64,000 nucleotides of DNA from Octopus vulgaris (taxonomy: Eukaryota), in assembly GCA_951406725.2 (NCBI GenBank), contig OX597818.1, forward strand, positions 141,236,001-141,300,000, written 5' to 3'. Positions 39,629 to 54,083 of this stretch are shown in pieces. The notes below the pieces were generated by a model that was given only the letters and a program-made list of their open reading frames with translations, was not told where the DNA came from and did not search any database. How positions within the stretch are numbered: the stretch's first letter is position 1; the number at the start of each line of letters is the position of its first letter. Made by a program: the position numbers and the translations under genes.

Positions 39629-40026
39629 GAAGCACTCCGTCGGTTACGACGACGAGGGTTCCAGTTGATCCGAATCAACGGAACAGCCTGCTCGTGAAAT
39701 TAACGTGTAAGTGGCTGAGCACTCCACAGACACGTGTACCCATAACGTAGTTCTCGGGGATATTCAGCGTGACACAGAGAGTGACAAGGCCGGCCCTTTG
39801 AAATACAGGTACAACAGAAACAGGAAGTAAGAGTGAGAGAAAGTTGTGGTGAAAGAGTACAGCAGGGATCACCACCATCCCCTGCCGGAGCCTCGTGGAG
39901 CTTTAGGTGTTTTCGCTCAATAAACACTCACAACGCCCGGTCTGGGAATCGAAACCGCGATCCTACGACCGAGAGTCCGCTGCCCTAACCACTGGGCCAT
40001 TGCGCCTCCCCTGGCCATTGCGCCTC
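39629..40026 (-). mobile_element. SINE family S2, full length, with duplicated 5' end and TSD
   Basis: Head gaggcgcaatggcccagtggttagg...ggtttcgattccc (A and B boxes). CCTCAATTAGGA occurs at 39613-39624 and 40023-40034. Confidence 0.9.
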
Positions 40027-40561
40027 AATTAGGAGTGGTCTTTCAATATGATTGTTACAGTGAGGATTAGCAAATATAATGAATTACAGGGACTTTACAG
40101 ATTACAAGCCATAGCTTACTCGTTCTGAGATATCTGTAGATTCGTTCAGTGCACTCTAGTCTTTTGAAAACAATACGAGATAGTTCTTATTTTGTCACAG
40201 ATGCTGAATTGATTACTCTGCGAAGTTAACTGTTTCCAAGTATGTGACGTAGTCATCGCAGTGCGCAGATATTTGGAGTGAAAGAAAGGATATTGCTCTC
40301 TATGCAGACTGGAAAAATATACTTCAAATCTATAATGTTTATTGTCATGCTTCACAAAGATTTTAATCCTTTTTACCTTCCATTCCAACTGAGTGGTGAA
40401 TCCATTCATGTTCGCTTTCATGTAGATAAAGAACTTTTCTAGAAATCACGACAACTGATAACAAGTACTAGATTGATTTGAGTAACTATAGGATGAGAGG
40501 GAGTTCATGGAATGGAATCCTTTAGAATCCCATACACAGACATGCAACGGCTCTGACTGTA

Positions 40562-40789
40562 ATCTTATTTCTTTATTGCCAACCAGGAGATAAACATAGA
40601 AGGGAGAAACAGAGACAGACAAAGGGATTAAGTCGATTACATCGACCCCAGTGCATAACTGGTACTTAATTTATCGACCCCGGAAGGATGACAGGCAAAG
40701 TCGACCTCGGCGGAATTTGAATTCAGAACGTAACGGCAGACGAAATACTGCTGAGTATTTCGCCCGGCGTGGTAATGTTTCTGCCAGCT
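40562..40789 (-). mobile_element. tRNA-derived SINE (family S4)
   Basis: Minus-strand agctggcagaaac...ctgaattcaaattccgccgaggtcgactttgcct...ggggtcgat. Related decayed pieces at ~22060-22150(-) and ~22620-22750(+). Confidence 0.7.
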
Positions 40790-41969
40790 AGAATCTATGT
40801 ATCCAAATGGCGCTTCATATAAACGCATGAAACTGGGCTGATGCATGAAGCTAAGTGGTTTGCCTGTGCACACGTTCAACTACCCACTTCGGTTCCTGTC
40901 GGACTCCATCTAACACCATTATGTACTATGGCTATACTGGGTGCTTCGAACTAATGATCCCTAAGATTAGAAAATATTTCACTCGGCAAATTATATTTGG
41001 TGTTATAGCATTAATACTTCATCTATGGATTAGCGCGAGATGAAAGGCAGAGGATGCTGACATTGAAACAAGAAACGAAACCTCGAAATAAATGGGATGT
41101 TTAACTAGCAAGTTTGGATGTCGAATATCATTGCCAACTCTAGCACACTACTTCCGTTTAATGAATAATTACTGAGATCACATAGTTGAAATTGTGTTCA
41201 ATCCTTACATATGCAACGCTGCATAGACATTAATCAGAAAATGTGAGTTTAATCAATATCTGACTTTAAAATGATTCATATGGCAAACAGTATCGCTTAC
41301 TTTCTGAAGTATGAAATAAATTCGATTATACATCAGGAAACCTTACGATGTAACAATATAGAGATATTTACCATGAACTGGCCACGTTCTGTGATACTGC
41401 TTTACATTATCACGAACTCCATTTCAATTATGACTTTCGATAAATGGTCCTTCTATATTTCTTTCAACTGATTATTAATAATAGCGAAATACAGAAATAA
41501 CGTGTTAATAAAATCGGTTATATATTCAGAGAAAATAATGCCATCATCTTATTATGCATGTTTCTTGGCAAAGTTTCAGTTTGTAGATAAAAACCTTTCT
41601 CGTTATTGGTAAGGATTTTGCTTCAAATATACTGCATATTTATACGTATGGTAATATTCAGGGCTAGCATAAAATTGCCATTGCATAAAAGTGAATTAGA
41701 AAGATATGCATCTGTTTATGGATAAGGAACTAGTGTAGTGCATATACCACTTCCAGAAGGCTTGAGATCCATTCAAGAGAAAAAGTACATTGAATTAAAT
41801 CTCATGTATACATGTATGTTTGTTTATATGTATGTATGCATGTATGTATGTATGTATGTATGTATGTATGTATGTATGTATGTATGTATGTATGTATGTA
41901 TGATATATACATATGTGTGTTCTTGTTTTATGTATGCATCGTAATGCATATAGCTGCATATCTAGACAT

Positions 41970-42110
41970 ATTCATACATATCTAAATGATAAACTTCTGG
42001 AAAGTTTTAAATATATTTACAGTTCCAGTGATGGATTGGATCTGTAGTCTTCGAATTAGCTTTCACCTTTCTAAGTGTGAAAAGCCTAATTTCTCCAGAT
42101 CGGATTTAGG
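41970..42110 (-). repeat. Dispersed ~140-bp repeat next to (CATA)n; second copy at 59118-59260(+)
   Basis: Shared gaaagctaatt.gaagacta.agatccaatccat..tggaactg.aaa...aaaactt.ccagaagttt.tcattta. Confidence 0.7.
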
Positions 42111-42517
42111 CAGTGCGTAACATATTCCAGGGCCCCAATAATTACAGGCATAAACCTGAAATTGTAATTTGGGTAGAGTCACTGCAAATTTCTTCAGCTT
42201 TATTTTAACATCCGCTGTGCAGCTAAATTTCACAGCTGTACACAGTTTCTCTTCATGTATGTATGTATGTATGTATGTATGTATGTATGTATGTATGTAT
42301 GTATGTATGTATGTATGTATGTATTTACGTATGGATGTATTTGTGTATGTTTGTATTATTCCTTCATTTTACAGGTTTCGGTCATTGAAATCTGGCACCG
42401 CTTCCAATAGCGACAGCGTTGTTTTTCATTTCCCTTATAGTTAGTTTTTAGAGTATCTGGTTGACCTCAATAATTTTTACAGTCTCTTATTTTATTGATA
42501 TATATTAAATTTGTTAG

Positions 42518-42771
42518 TGGAGGCGCGTGGCTTAGTGGTTAGGGTGTCAGCATTATGATTGTAAGGTTGTGGTTTCGATTCCTGGACAAGGCGACGCGTT
42601 GTGTTCTTGAGCAAAACACTTCATTTCACGTTGCTCCAGTCCGCTCAGCTGGCTAAAATGAGTAACGCTGCGATGGACTGGCGTCCTGTCCAGCTGGGGA
42701 ATACATACGCCATTGAAACCGGGAAACCGGGCCCATGAGCCTGTCTAGGCTTCAACAGGGCGCATTTATTT
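42518..42771 (+). mobile_element. tRNA-derived SINE (family S3)
   Basis: Head tggaggcgcgtggcttagtggttagg...ggtttcgattcc, body ctgcgatggactggcgtcc, tail gaaaccgggcccatgagcc...(attt)n. Confidence 0.85.
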
Positions 42772-43194
42772 ATATTATATTAAATTTATTGGTTAAATTA
42801 CTATCCTGACATTACGACGGTTTATCTTTAAGCATACAGACATATTACATACATGTATAATTATCGATGTATACTACAGATATTGTAGACACGTGTGCAT
42901 GTTTGCATGTATATTATACATCATATAATTGTAATTTACTTATTCGAATCGGAAGAGGGAGCACTGCCCATACCTTTCACAGGCACTTCTAAGCTGGTAG
43001 AATTTATGCTGTTAATGTTTTAATGTGAACAAACCGTGAAGAGATCAGTGGATAACTGATCTTCTAAGAAAAGAAGGGTTACACGTAATGACAGCGCCAG
43101 ATATGATGCATAAAATATGTGTGCCTAGAGGACAATCGAGCGGATGGGTAGTACCTGAATAGTAGAGGTAATAGCACAGCTATCTCTATCGAGT

Positions 43195-43334
43195 AGACAA
43201 TACCAAAATAGGTTCATACTCTCCATAGTCCAAGAATGTGGGATCATATCGTACGCCTTACGATAGTCTATCCATGACATGGCTAAGTTGCTTTTCCTCC
43301 TCTTGCAGTCTCTAAGTACAGTTTTGTCTATCAA
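43195..43334 (-). pseudogene. R4/Dong-like LINE RT fragment
   Basis: IDKTVLRDCKRRKSNLAMSWIDYRKAYDMIPHSW (RT motif A of this clade). Confidence 0.85.
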
Positions 43335-43376
43335 ACGCTAAAGAAGTGAGGATGCCACTGGGTTAGAGTATTCTTA

Positions 43377-43411
<35 letters not shown>

Positions 43412-43523
43412 TAACAATAGTGTAGATACCTAAGGTAACAGGTATCTACAAAATCCAAAGAGAAATAAGACCAAACCTGAGCTCTGTTTCAACAACAACA
43501 ACAACAACAGCAACAACAAAAAC

Positions 43524-43607
<84 letters not shown>

Positions 43608-44313
43608 TTGACGAAACGATAGACCATCTCGTTTCGGGATGTCCTGTGCTGACACCAAACGAATACAAAAATCGCCACGATAGGGTAGGACAGTATATAC
43701 ATTGGAAGATATGTAAACACTACAAATCCGACACTCCTGCTAACTGGTATGAACACCATCCTCAGCCAGTTGTTGAAGGTAAAGATGTCACCATCCTCTG
43801 GGATTTTCCAGTCAACACTGACAGAACGATCAAGGCTAATCGACCAGATATAATTGTTAAAGACAGGGAAGAAAATACCTGCAGACTAATAGAAGTAAGC
43901 GTCCCCACTGATAAAAATGTATCTGTCAAGGAATTTGACAAACTTAGTAAATATAAGGACCTGGAAATCGAAATACAGAGGATGTGGAATCTTAAAACAA
44001 AAACTGTTCCTGTTATTGTAGGTGCCCTAGGTATGATAAAAAAGGGATGTCAGAAACACCTAGACAATATCCCTGGAAAACCATGTCTCAAGGAAATCCA
44101 AAAGATTGTGCTAACAAGTACTGCCCACATCCTTAGAAAAACCCTATCAATGTAAATGTTTGTGTTTGCATTACATGGAGATATATCTCTACTTCCCCTC
44201 CCCAAGCTTTCAGCTATATTTCAACAACTCTTAACCTTCACTTGCCCTAGGGCGCTGGGTGTGCCCCGGCAGGTGATTGCATCATACATGCAGTTTAAAA
44301 GTAAATGACAATG
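43608..44313 (+). mobile_element. 5'-truncated R4/Dong-like LINE: uninterrupted C-terminal CCHC/restriction-like endonuclease segment and 3' UTR, within (TAA)n
   Basis: ETIDHLVSGC..L....YKNRHD, ILWDFPVNTD.TIKANRPDIIV...LIEVSVP...K..KY.DL, stop at 44155. (TAA)n on both sides. Confidence 0.92.
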
Positions 44314-44437
<124 letters not shown>

Positions 44438-44495
44438 GAAGAAGAAGAAGAAGAAGAAGAACAATAATAATATGTATTCAAAAGCCACCAACAAA

Positions 44496-45395
44496 ATGTC
44501 AAACATTATTCACAGATGACCTCAAACTTTATAGTAAAGAATCCCAAATCAATTCCCTCGTTGATACGGTGTATACTTACAGTGCTGATATTGAAGTTGG
44601 TGTTCGGACTGAAAAAGTGTGGTTTGTTAGTCTTGAAGAGAGACAACAACAAACGTATGGACGGGCTAGCGATACTGTGAGGGAGGTTATGAAGCAGATA
44701 GGGGAGAGGGGCTATAAGTACTTGGGGATATTGGAAATGGAGAAATTGATGGAGAAAAAAATGACAGAAAAGTTTAAGGTGGAGTACTTGTGCAGAATGA
44801 GACTGATCCTTAAGTCGAAATTAAGCGGACGGAATAAGATTGAAGCTATCAACACCAGGGCGGTTTCACTCCTTAGATATGGAGCAGAAGTAATCGCATG
44901 GATAGTAGACGAACTAAACAACTTAGACAGAGACAAGGAAGTTGCTGATTAGGTATGGGATTCTCCACCCAAAAGGTGACACAGACACACTATATTTACT
45001 AAGAAAACGAGGGAGAAGAGGACTGATTGGATTCGAACACAGCGTTAGAGCAGAAGAAAACAACATAGTATGGTATGTAAAGAATGCTATAGAACCACTA
45101 TTATTGGGAGAAAGAAGGTCAGGCTTGTGTAGGATGGAAGATTGCAAAGATAAAGCACTCTACAAAGACTTGAGAATAAATGTAACTGAAATGGGTGGAT
45201 AAGGAAAAGAATGCATGGACAATTTTATAGGGATATTGAACATAAGACAAGCAGAGAAAAAAGATGCTTATGGATGACTAAAATGATTTAAAACCGGAAA
45301 CGGAGGCTCTAATCTGTGCTGCTCAACAGCAAGCACTAAGAGCCAATTGCATCAAATACAGAGTAGACAACACATCAGAAAGTGATATATGCAAG
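44496..45395 (+). pseudogene. R4/Dong-like LINE fragment (RT C-terminal half to thumb), frameshifted
   Basis: LFTDDLKLY, YKYLGILE, RNKIEAINT.AV..LRY, LY..RKRGRRGL, MHGQF and ETEALICAAQQQALR. Confidence 0.88.
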
Positions 45396-45599
45396 TGAGA
45401 TATACATATAAAAGATATACATATAAAAGTATACATATGAAAGTGAGATATACATATACACACAAGCGGGCCCGCATGCGTATGATTTTTCTTTTTTAGC
45501 TAAGGCAGTACCCCGTGTTTGTAAATATACAGCTGAGATGGTGTGCTGGTTGAACACTCGATGCATGCATCCAAGTATGTGTCTTTATTTACATAAGAA

Positions 45600-46010
45600 T
45601 CACACGTGGAGAATTTTGGGAAAACCTTCACCGTGCCACTAACAGATTGGATAGGGAGAATCCGAGTCCATTTCTTTAGCTCTTTTTCCATGAAACCGAA
45701 TATTTCTAAGGTTATGGTGCAAATTAGTTGGTAAGCATCTTTGATAAGTACAAATGGGAGTTGTACAAGAGTTGTAAGCTCCGCCTTAATTCGCCATAAA
45801 TGTACTCTTTTTTCCAGGACTTTTGATTGCACATTTACATCCACTGGACAGCTGACCGTTATAACAGTATGACGCTTTGTTCCCTGTCTCACAGAAGAAG
45901 TCGATTATGTTTGCACCGATTTGATATTTTTATTGGGGTGATCCACCAGTATTCCTTGTTTTTAAAGGTGTGAATACCCGCAGTCCTTCCTATGATTAGT
46001 TATGTAAATA
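45600..46010 (-). pseudogene. Decayed restriction-like endonuclease end of another R4/Dong-like LINE
   Basis: Minus-strand CKHNR..., ITVSCPVDVNVQSKVLEK and IQSVSGTVKV..KF. Confidence 0.6.
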
Positions 46011-46092
46011 GTCTTTGCAACTACCTCAGGGGCACGTAGTATTTCATAAATGTCTATCTATCTATCTATCTGTCTATCTTTCTGTCTATCTT

Positions 46093-46165
<73 letters not shown>

Positions 46166-46168
46166 TTA

Positions 46169-46241
<73 letters not shown>

Positions 46242-47205
46242 ATATATATATGTATACATATGTGTGTGTGTATGTATGTATATATATGTATGTACTTATG
46301 TATGTATGTATGTATATGTATATGCCAGCATGCGCACACTTATTTAACAGTGCCTCTGCTGCAGTAAATAAATTGAATATTTTCATAGATGTGCAAACTG
46401 AGGTTAAGCATATTGCACAACACCAAGAACAACATATCAACAATTACATTATTTTTATCGTATACATTATATATTGCCTGTTTTTGATGTCTAGAAACTG
46501 TCATTCCAATTCACTTTATGGAATATTTATGCTTGGCAATTTTACACTTCAAAGACCATATGTTTGGTAAGGAATTATACTTTAGGCATCAATATATAAC
46601 TTTGAAACTCAAGAGAATTTAGCAAGTAGTTCCAATAATTATTGTTTCTACAGAAGCTTTTCTTTTTGTGTGTGTCTCTGTGTCTGTGTGCCTAGTGTGT
46701 CTGTCTCTCTCTTGTGTGTCTCTCCCTCTCTCTGTCTATTCTCGTGTTTGCTATTTGGTGAACTTTATACTGCGGAAGGTGGTACTACTTTGGTTGGGAT
46801 ATAGATTATCAGCAACTTAATCTTGATCATGCAAATAAGTTAGCTTTGGGACCACGTAATACCAGTACGTATTCGAACGCCTGGCTATTACACTAGGAAG
46901 GTTCTATAGAATGTAATGCAACGTTGAGCATAATATATATATTCACTGACAGAAATCGTTTAAATTGCACATGCAGAATAACTCATCCTCTGTTGAAGGA
47001 TGCTGTGTCATCACCACAAGTTATGCATTTACACCATCATTAAAACTAACTCTTGAATTCTGCTCCAAAAATTGCAAGTGTGCTGTTTTGCCCCCACTTT
47101 TTATAACCCGTTTCATCTTGTCTCTGGAATAAAAATTGTGGGGAAACCACTGTGTTTATTAAGAAAAATATGCTAAAATGTGTTAAATCCTGAGCAACAC
47201 TTCAG

Positions 47206-47567
47206 CTAGAAAAGCACTCGGAGAGCGCAGACCTCCGCCAAGCTCATTTTAAGTTAGATACGCGAGTAAAATTACTAACAGAGAAACGAAAATATACTTT
47301 GCTTATCAAGGGAGATAATCAAAGAACGTAATATTAACACTTCATGTAAAGTAAATATAACAAATGAAAAAATCTTCAAGAATTCATAAAAATTCCCGGA
47401 TCACTACCAAAATTTCATCTGTTCCTTGTGTCATTACCAACTTTTCCTGCAAGTTTCACCAAATACCGTTCACAGCTTTTTGTGCTATTTTGCACAAAGA
47501 CGGACAGACGGATAGACGGACAAACCAACGCCGATGAAAAAATAATCTCCTTCTTTGGCGGAGGTAA
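47206..47567 (-). mobile_element. Helentron-associated non-autonomous element (HINE/DINE-1-like)
   Basis: Subterminal inverted repeat acctccgccaa at 47231-47241 and 47555-47565, a (gtcc)n-like tract near the 5' end, and a 3' stem-loop gcgctc-tcc-gagtgc followed by a T run. Confidence 0.75.
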
Positions 47568-47669
47568 CTATTTTCTTTTAGCTTCGGTATCAAAGTATTC
47601 CTTGTAAGTATAGACAAAATCCATAAAAATATTCTTCAGCTATTGATTACAAGCCGAAACATCGCATGT

Positions 47670-47729
<60 letters not shown>

Positions 47730-47798
47730 ACACACACACATACACACACACATACACCCGCACAAACACGCACACACACATATATCATATATATATAC

Positions 47799-47849
<51 letters not shown>

Positions 47850-47855
<6 letters not shown>

Positions 47856-48446
47856 AATCTGCTAATTGATGTTATCTAAGACCCAACAAGGTTACTTAGC
47901 GACCGTTTCCTTAATGTGACCTTGCGTGCCCGCACGCTGCATGCAGTATTGTTTTCATTTGGGAGCTGAGTTGTCCGCACAATGGTCACCTGCTGTTTAT
48001 GCGAGGGAGTGCATGGTGAATTCACGGCTATTGATTCAAAACCAAATTATCGCATGACAGTGTTATTTTCAAGCGGTTCCTTGCCAATCACACCCCTTAC
48101 CGTGTCATTTCTTATATGTAGATTTTTCTCATATGGTGGTGTTGAGCGGACCCACAAGTTTAATTTATCACATAGACGTAGTTCCTATGACTGTTGATTG
48201 TTCAGCGAGCTAGCAACAGCGACAACAGCCGCAAAGGAGAGTATGTCCACTGAGAGTTTTTTCCATGACAAAGTTAGGGCCTGAAATCTTCCAAATACAC
48301 ACGTGACATATCACTTAGTCGAATTCACTCCACAAATGTTTTGTCGTCAATGCTGCACTTCCCCGTTTTATATGCTTCAACTTAACTGTACGATATATGA
48401 AATATATGCCATTTAAATCCCAAGCAACGCTGGGTATGTCTGCTAG
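47850..48446 (+). mobile_element. Non-autonomous Helitron-like element
   Basis: 3' cccaagcaacgctggg hairpin followed by ..ctgCTAG|t, the same end design as 35485 and 54083. The 5' end merges with (TA)n. Confidence 0.65.
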
Positions 48447-48501
48447 TGTATATCTATCTATCTATCTATATATATATATATATATATATATTCTACCTTA
48501 T

Positions 48502-48535
<34 letters not shown>

Positions 48536-49294
48536 GTATAAGGTAGAAAATATATTAGTGAGAATATGTGTCTATATGTATATATTTGTACATATATGCA
48601 TGTATATATAGACACACACACACACATATATATATAAGCATAAATATATGTGCGTGTGCATATATATATACATATGCACGTGTGTTGCTGTGTTTCTATA
48701 TACATGTATGTATCTGTGTGTGTGTGCGTGTGCGTGTGTGTGTGTCTGTGTGTGTGTGTGTGTCTGTGTTTATAAATACACTAAATACACACGCCATAAA
48801 TACAAACTACTGAATAGACGTAATGGGTCATACGCGAGAAAAAAAACATTGCTTAGTTAAACGATCATAGTTATAACATAAAAATATTTATGACGGCTTG
48901 TCTCCATCAATTACTCTGGCAATATATTAACAACAACTTTAAGTGGGTCATTTATAAAATTTAAGGATTTCAACAGAAACTGGGGAACTAAAGACAATAA
49001 GTAACACATTGAAGTCTATATTCCTGTCCGCTTAGATTTTAGAACAGTCTTGAAAGGAAATAAATGTTGCTAATAGCCCGGATGTGTTTGTTTGTGTGTG
49101 TTTGCTTGTTTGTGTGCTTGTGTATGCATATGCGTGTGTGCGAGTGTGTGTTTGTGTGTGTATGTGTGCCTGTATATGGGTATATGTATATATATGTATA
49201 TAAATATTATATATATAAATGTATATATATATATGTATATATATATACTTATATATATGATATATATCTATTATACACAAATATCTGTGTGTGC

Positions 49295-49340
<46 letters not shown>

Positions 49341-49433
49341 GTATATAAAATTTTTAAATAGGATAAAATCTTTATAATAATTTATCAATTAGCGTGAAAA
49401 ACCCCATAAGGAAAAAATCCATTAATTTTTCTC

Positions 49434-49508
<75 letters not shown>

Positions 49509-50189
49509 TACCGAGATCCAGTATCTCAACAAAAAATTACTCCATCTAGCGAGAGATAAATATAAGTTTAATAGACGATTACGAAAGCACTACTTATGAG
49601 GTCAGATTTATGAAATAGGTACATCCAATTATTATTTCAGGCTCGGTTCATACGTTAGATGTATTTAAAAGCCAGGACGCTGGAACGTAAAAGCAAAATG
49701 AGAAAGAAAAGTGAACGAGAAGAAAAAGTAAAACGAGAACATAGAAAGGTAAGAAAACCAACATCTTCATCATCATTCATTATAGAAATCGTAATCAATA
49801 TAGCTGGTGTAGAATAAAATAACGAAGAAGGCTAAAGTCTCCGAGACAGCTACTCAATGCTCGGTGTTCGAAAGTTTCTACAGGTGCAAAGACATAGATC
49901 GGTTTCTTTCGTGAAACTGGAGGATACCAGCCCCTCCGGAGTGAGTAGCTCTCTCGCAGACTTTGATGTCCCGTCTTATATTATACTGCACAAGGTACAT
50001 TAATTATGATTTCTGCAATCAAAGAGGTTGTAGATCTTGGTTTTTGTACTTTCCTTTTCTTTCTTCTCGTTTCACTATTTGCATAAGTAATTTTAACATA
50101 TTAAATATAATATATATTATAGTGTATTATTTTGAACAGAACTCTACCAAGTGCAGTTTGATCTTCCAGAATCTATACATACATGCACA

Positions 50190-50246
<57 letters not shown>

Positions 50247-51908
50247 AATGCATACACACGTACGGAAACACACACACACACACAAACATACACGCACATA
50301 TGTGTTTGTATGTATGTACTATTTTTGTGTATTTGAGACTAAATCTTGTTCTTTGATAAGAAAATTCTTTCAAATTCTAGGTAATAACTCTAGAGCACAC
50401 AGTTGTCAACCATATTTTACTGACGAATTGTGTGTACACATATTTCTATTCTTCACCAACAATTCTATGGTATTATGTCTCGCTATTTCAAACTCGAAAC
50501 TCCCGACCAAGCCTCCATTACTGAGTCTTGATATAAAGATACTGATCCAGAGTCAACTAAACTCACGAGGAGTCACTTCTCTAACAAGCTAGCAATAACC
50601 CGGTCGTTTGACCTCGTAGATATAGCAGTCAGTTATACCACACACATACCAGTGCTGTCTCAAGAAAAGGTAAAGAGGCACAAGGGATATTTAGTCACTG
50701 ATCACATTATTCGAAAAAACATTGATGTTATGGTTGCGACTTGAATATTTTTGATCATAAGAGCAGCTTCTCTAAATATGCTAGCTATCGATCTATGTCT
50801 ACAGTATTAACATTTCAATTTTTGGAACTACTGACTTCCTTCTCAATGAAAATTAGTACAAGGTTCAGATGTTCCAGTGGAAAAATCTACATAAGAAAAT
50901 CGCGATTTCCTTTAATGATAAATTTAACGAAAGGAAAGTATATTTGCCGATTTCTTTTAGTTCAGCCAAGCCCACAACGAAATGTATCATATGTATTTAT
51001 CTGTCATCGGAATAACAACGGTGCCTGCATCTTTTGTTACGATATAACTATTACTGTTATCCATGGAATACACTTCGTTTCATCCAACGATAAAGAAGTT
51101 TCTCCATAGTCATGGTCCAGTGAAACAAGAAAACATGTGGATCTTCTCAGTACAGACTGCATATATCCCCTCATATTTGAAAACGTGTCTCATGTATTTC
51201 GGTTGTTCGTATTCAATGATACCCATAGAATATGTGCTTGGTTATTTGAAACATAGATAATAAGGCACATTAACAAAAAGGATATTTGTTGATGAAATTT
51301 TGAAAATATACATGTATAAAATTGTTTGTTTATCTTTAACAATTCAATTCATAAAGACGTTTCTCGAGAGTGTATGTAACACCAAAGGAACATTCACGAG
51401 TTTCCTGTGCTGCAAGAAATAGCAACCGTATTTTCATCCGAGATTCTGACGTATCCAATGAATAAAAGCATCCTAGAAAAAACACATCTGAATAAAACGA
51501 TATAATGATATTGGATAAAATCCCATTGATCATACATCTGTTCAATCAGAAACTGGATCGGACCAACCAAAGAGAAAAAAACTACAAGAGCGGCGGCAGC
51601 AATTAGAACGATATCAATTCAGGAACATGGCTTCAACAGGGAGACTATACAACTAAACACATAAGCATATGAAATGGGTTTTTATTTCAATACTATCTCA
51701 TTCATTACTGATGTCTACATCTTTATAAAAAATATAACTTCGAAGTATGAGAAACAATTATTTCATTGTTAGACAATACAAATGTAAGGGACAATAAAAG
51801 CAAAGAAGCGAAGAGAGAGAAAAATATATATATATATTGTATCATAAATTTTCAGAAAAATATATGAACAGTTATATTTTTCAATGTGTGTGTGTGTGCA
51901 TGTCTATG

Positions 51909-52024
<116 letters not shown>

Positions 52025-52038
52025 TAGATATATGTATG

Positions 52039-52073
<35 letters not shown>

Positions 52074-52471
52074 ATATATATGTATATGTGTATATATATG
52101 TATATATGTATATATACATATGCATCTAAATATAAATATACATACATACATACATATATATATATATATACATATATATAAATACATATATATATATATA
52201 TATATACATATATATAAATGTATGTATATATGTTTGTATAAATGTATGCATGTGTGTGCGTACGTCGGTTTGTTTACAAGTACCGAAGTAACTATCCCTG
52301 AGGCTTCACCAGTAGAGTGTCTATTAGAATTTCACTGATACAGTAATTTGATTACTCTTATTTCTCATTGATTATCTTTGCACACACGCACATACTACAT
52401 GTACATGCGAACAGACGTACATATATGAGGGCGTCTGTACGTTTCGTTCTGAGTGTATGTATATATTTATG

Positions 52472-52502
<31 letters not shown>

Positions 52503-52563
52503 TTATATATTTATGTATGTAAGTATGTATCTATATATTTATGTATGTAAGTATGTATCTATG

Positions 52564-52610
<47 letters not shown>

Positions 52611-52625
52611 GCACACATAGTTATA

Positions 52626-52657
<32 letters not shown>

Positions 52658-53236
52658 GATGTATATATACGTAGTTATATATATATATATATATACAAAT
52701 ATTACATCCATTTTGTATTATTTTGCGTATGTGGATATAAGTATACTTATAAATATTATATGTGTTTGTGTGTCTACCTGATTATATGTATGTGTGTTTG
52801 TGTGCACGTGCGTGTGCGTGTAGTATACAGTTCAGTTTCATTGTTCACAAAGAATTGGAAAACTATATAATTGCACTTATGTATTTATATTTGAGTTAAT
52901 TTATGTATTATTTCCTTGTATATAATCATGGTGTATAACGATGGCGAATGTGTATATGATTGTAACAATGAATCTACACAGCAGTGTCTTTTTTTAAGTA
53001 GACTGAATGTTCACCACTGACACTATTTTCTGTTTTTGTAGCAAAGAATGGGCACTGGGTGATAATTACTGATATTGTTGTTTATAGTTTTACCTTTTAT
53101 TGAAAGACATATCTGAAACAATTAGCCTTCCACCGGTGTCTCTTGTTCAAATATAAATTCGTATATCACACATATATTTCTGTCTTTCCTTCTCTCTCCC
53201 TCTCTCTCTCTCTCCCTCTCTCTCTGTCTCACTGTA

Positions 53237-53272
<36 letters not shown>

Positions 53273-53276
<4 letters not shown>

Positions 53277-53607
53277 GGCGCATGACTCAGTGGTTAGAGC
53301 GTCGCGCTTACGATCGTGAAGTTGTGAGCTCGAATCCCGGACTGGGCTGCGTGTTGTGTTCTTGAGCAAGACACTATTTCATGTTGCTCCAGTTCACTCA
53401 GCTGAAGAAATGAGTCACGACGTCACAGGTGCCAAGCTGTATTGGCCTTTGCCTTTCCCTTGGATAACACTGGTGGCGTGGAGAGGGAAGGCCGGTAAGC
53501 ATGGGTGACTTCTGGTCCTCCATAAACAACCTTGCCAGGACTTGTGACTGGGAAGGTAACTTTTTAGGTGCAATCCCATGCTCTGTGTCGTAACCGAAGT
53601 GGGTCTC
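53273..53607 (+). mobile_element. tRNA-derived SINE with S3-type head and a different tail
   Basis: Head tgaaggcgcatgactcagtggttagagc...ctcgaatccc, then gtgttcttgagcaa.acac...ttgctccagt shared with 42518. Ends gtcgtaaccga. Confidence 0.8.
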
Positions 53608-53609
53608 AG

Positions 53610-53684
<75 letters not shown>

Positions 53685-53687
<3 letters not shown>

Positions 53688-54083
53688 TTATATATAAAAG
53701 TGAAGTTGTGTGTCTGTCTCCTACGATTTAGATTCCTAACTATTCCAACATTTTGCGGTGCAGTGTAACCAAAAGCGGGCATCTTATAGTCGTGATTCAT
53801 ATCGAGCCCTTCTGGGTATTAGCGCGCGTCTACGATGAATCTACGATTAAAAAAAAAAAAACTACCATCAGTTTTTTGCATTTTAATGCATTTTTTCGCT
53901 ATTATATAAGGGAAGTAACTCTCTAAAAATGTCTAAGACGAGTCAACGATTTTCAAGAAATTTACCATCATTTTTTTTTCATTTTTAATGCATTTTTTTG
54001 CTATTTTTTGGCTATAACTCTCTAAAAATGCTTATATAGTTATTTCCCTTACAAACCCGAGCAACGCCGGGCGATACTGCTAG
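53685..54083 (+). mobile_element. Non-autonomous Helitron, second copy with two internal units
   Basis: Near-identical to 34993-35485 but one ~100-bp unit shorter. TC...CTAG ends. Confidence 0.85.

Noticed and set aside
39930-40008. tRNA-like sequences here and at 42518, 53273 and 58149
   Set aside because: SINE heads with A/B boxes that continue into SINE bodies; no complete acceptor stem, so not called as tRNA genes.
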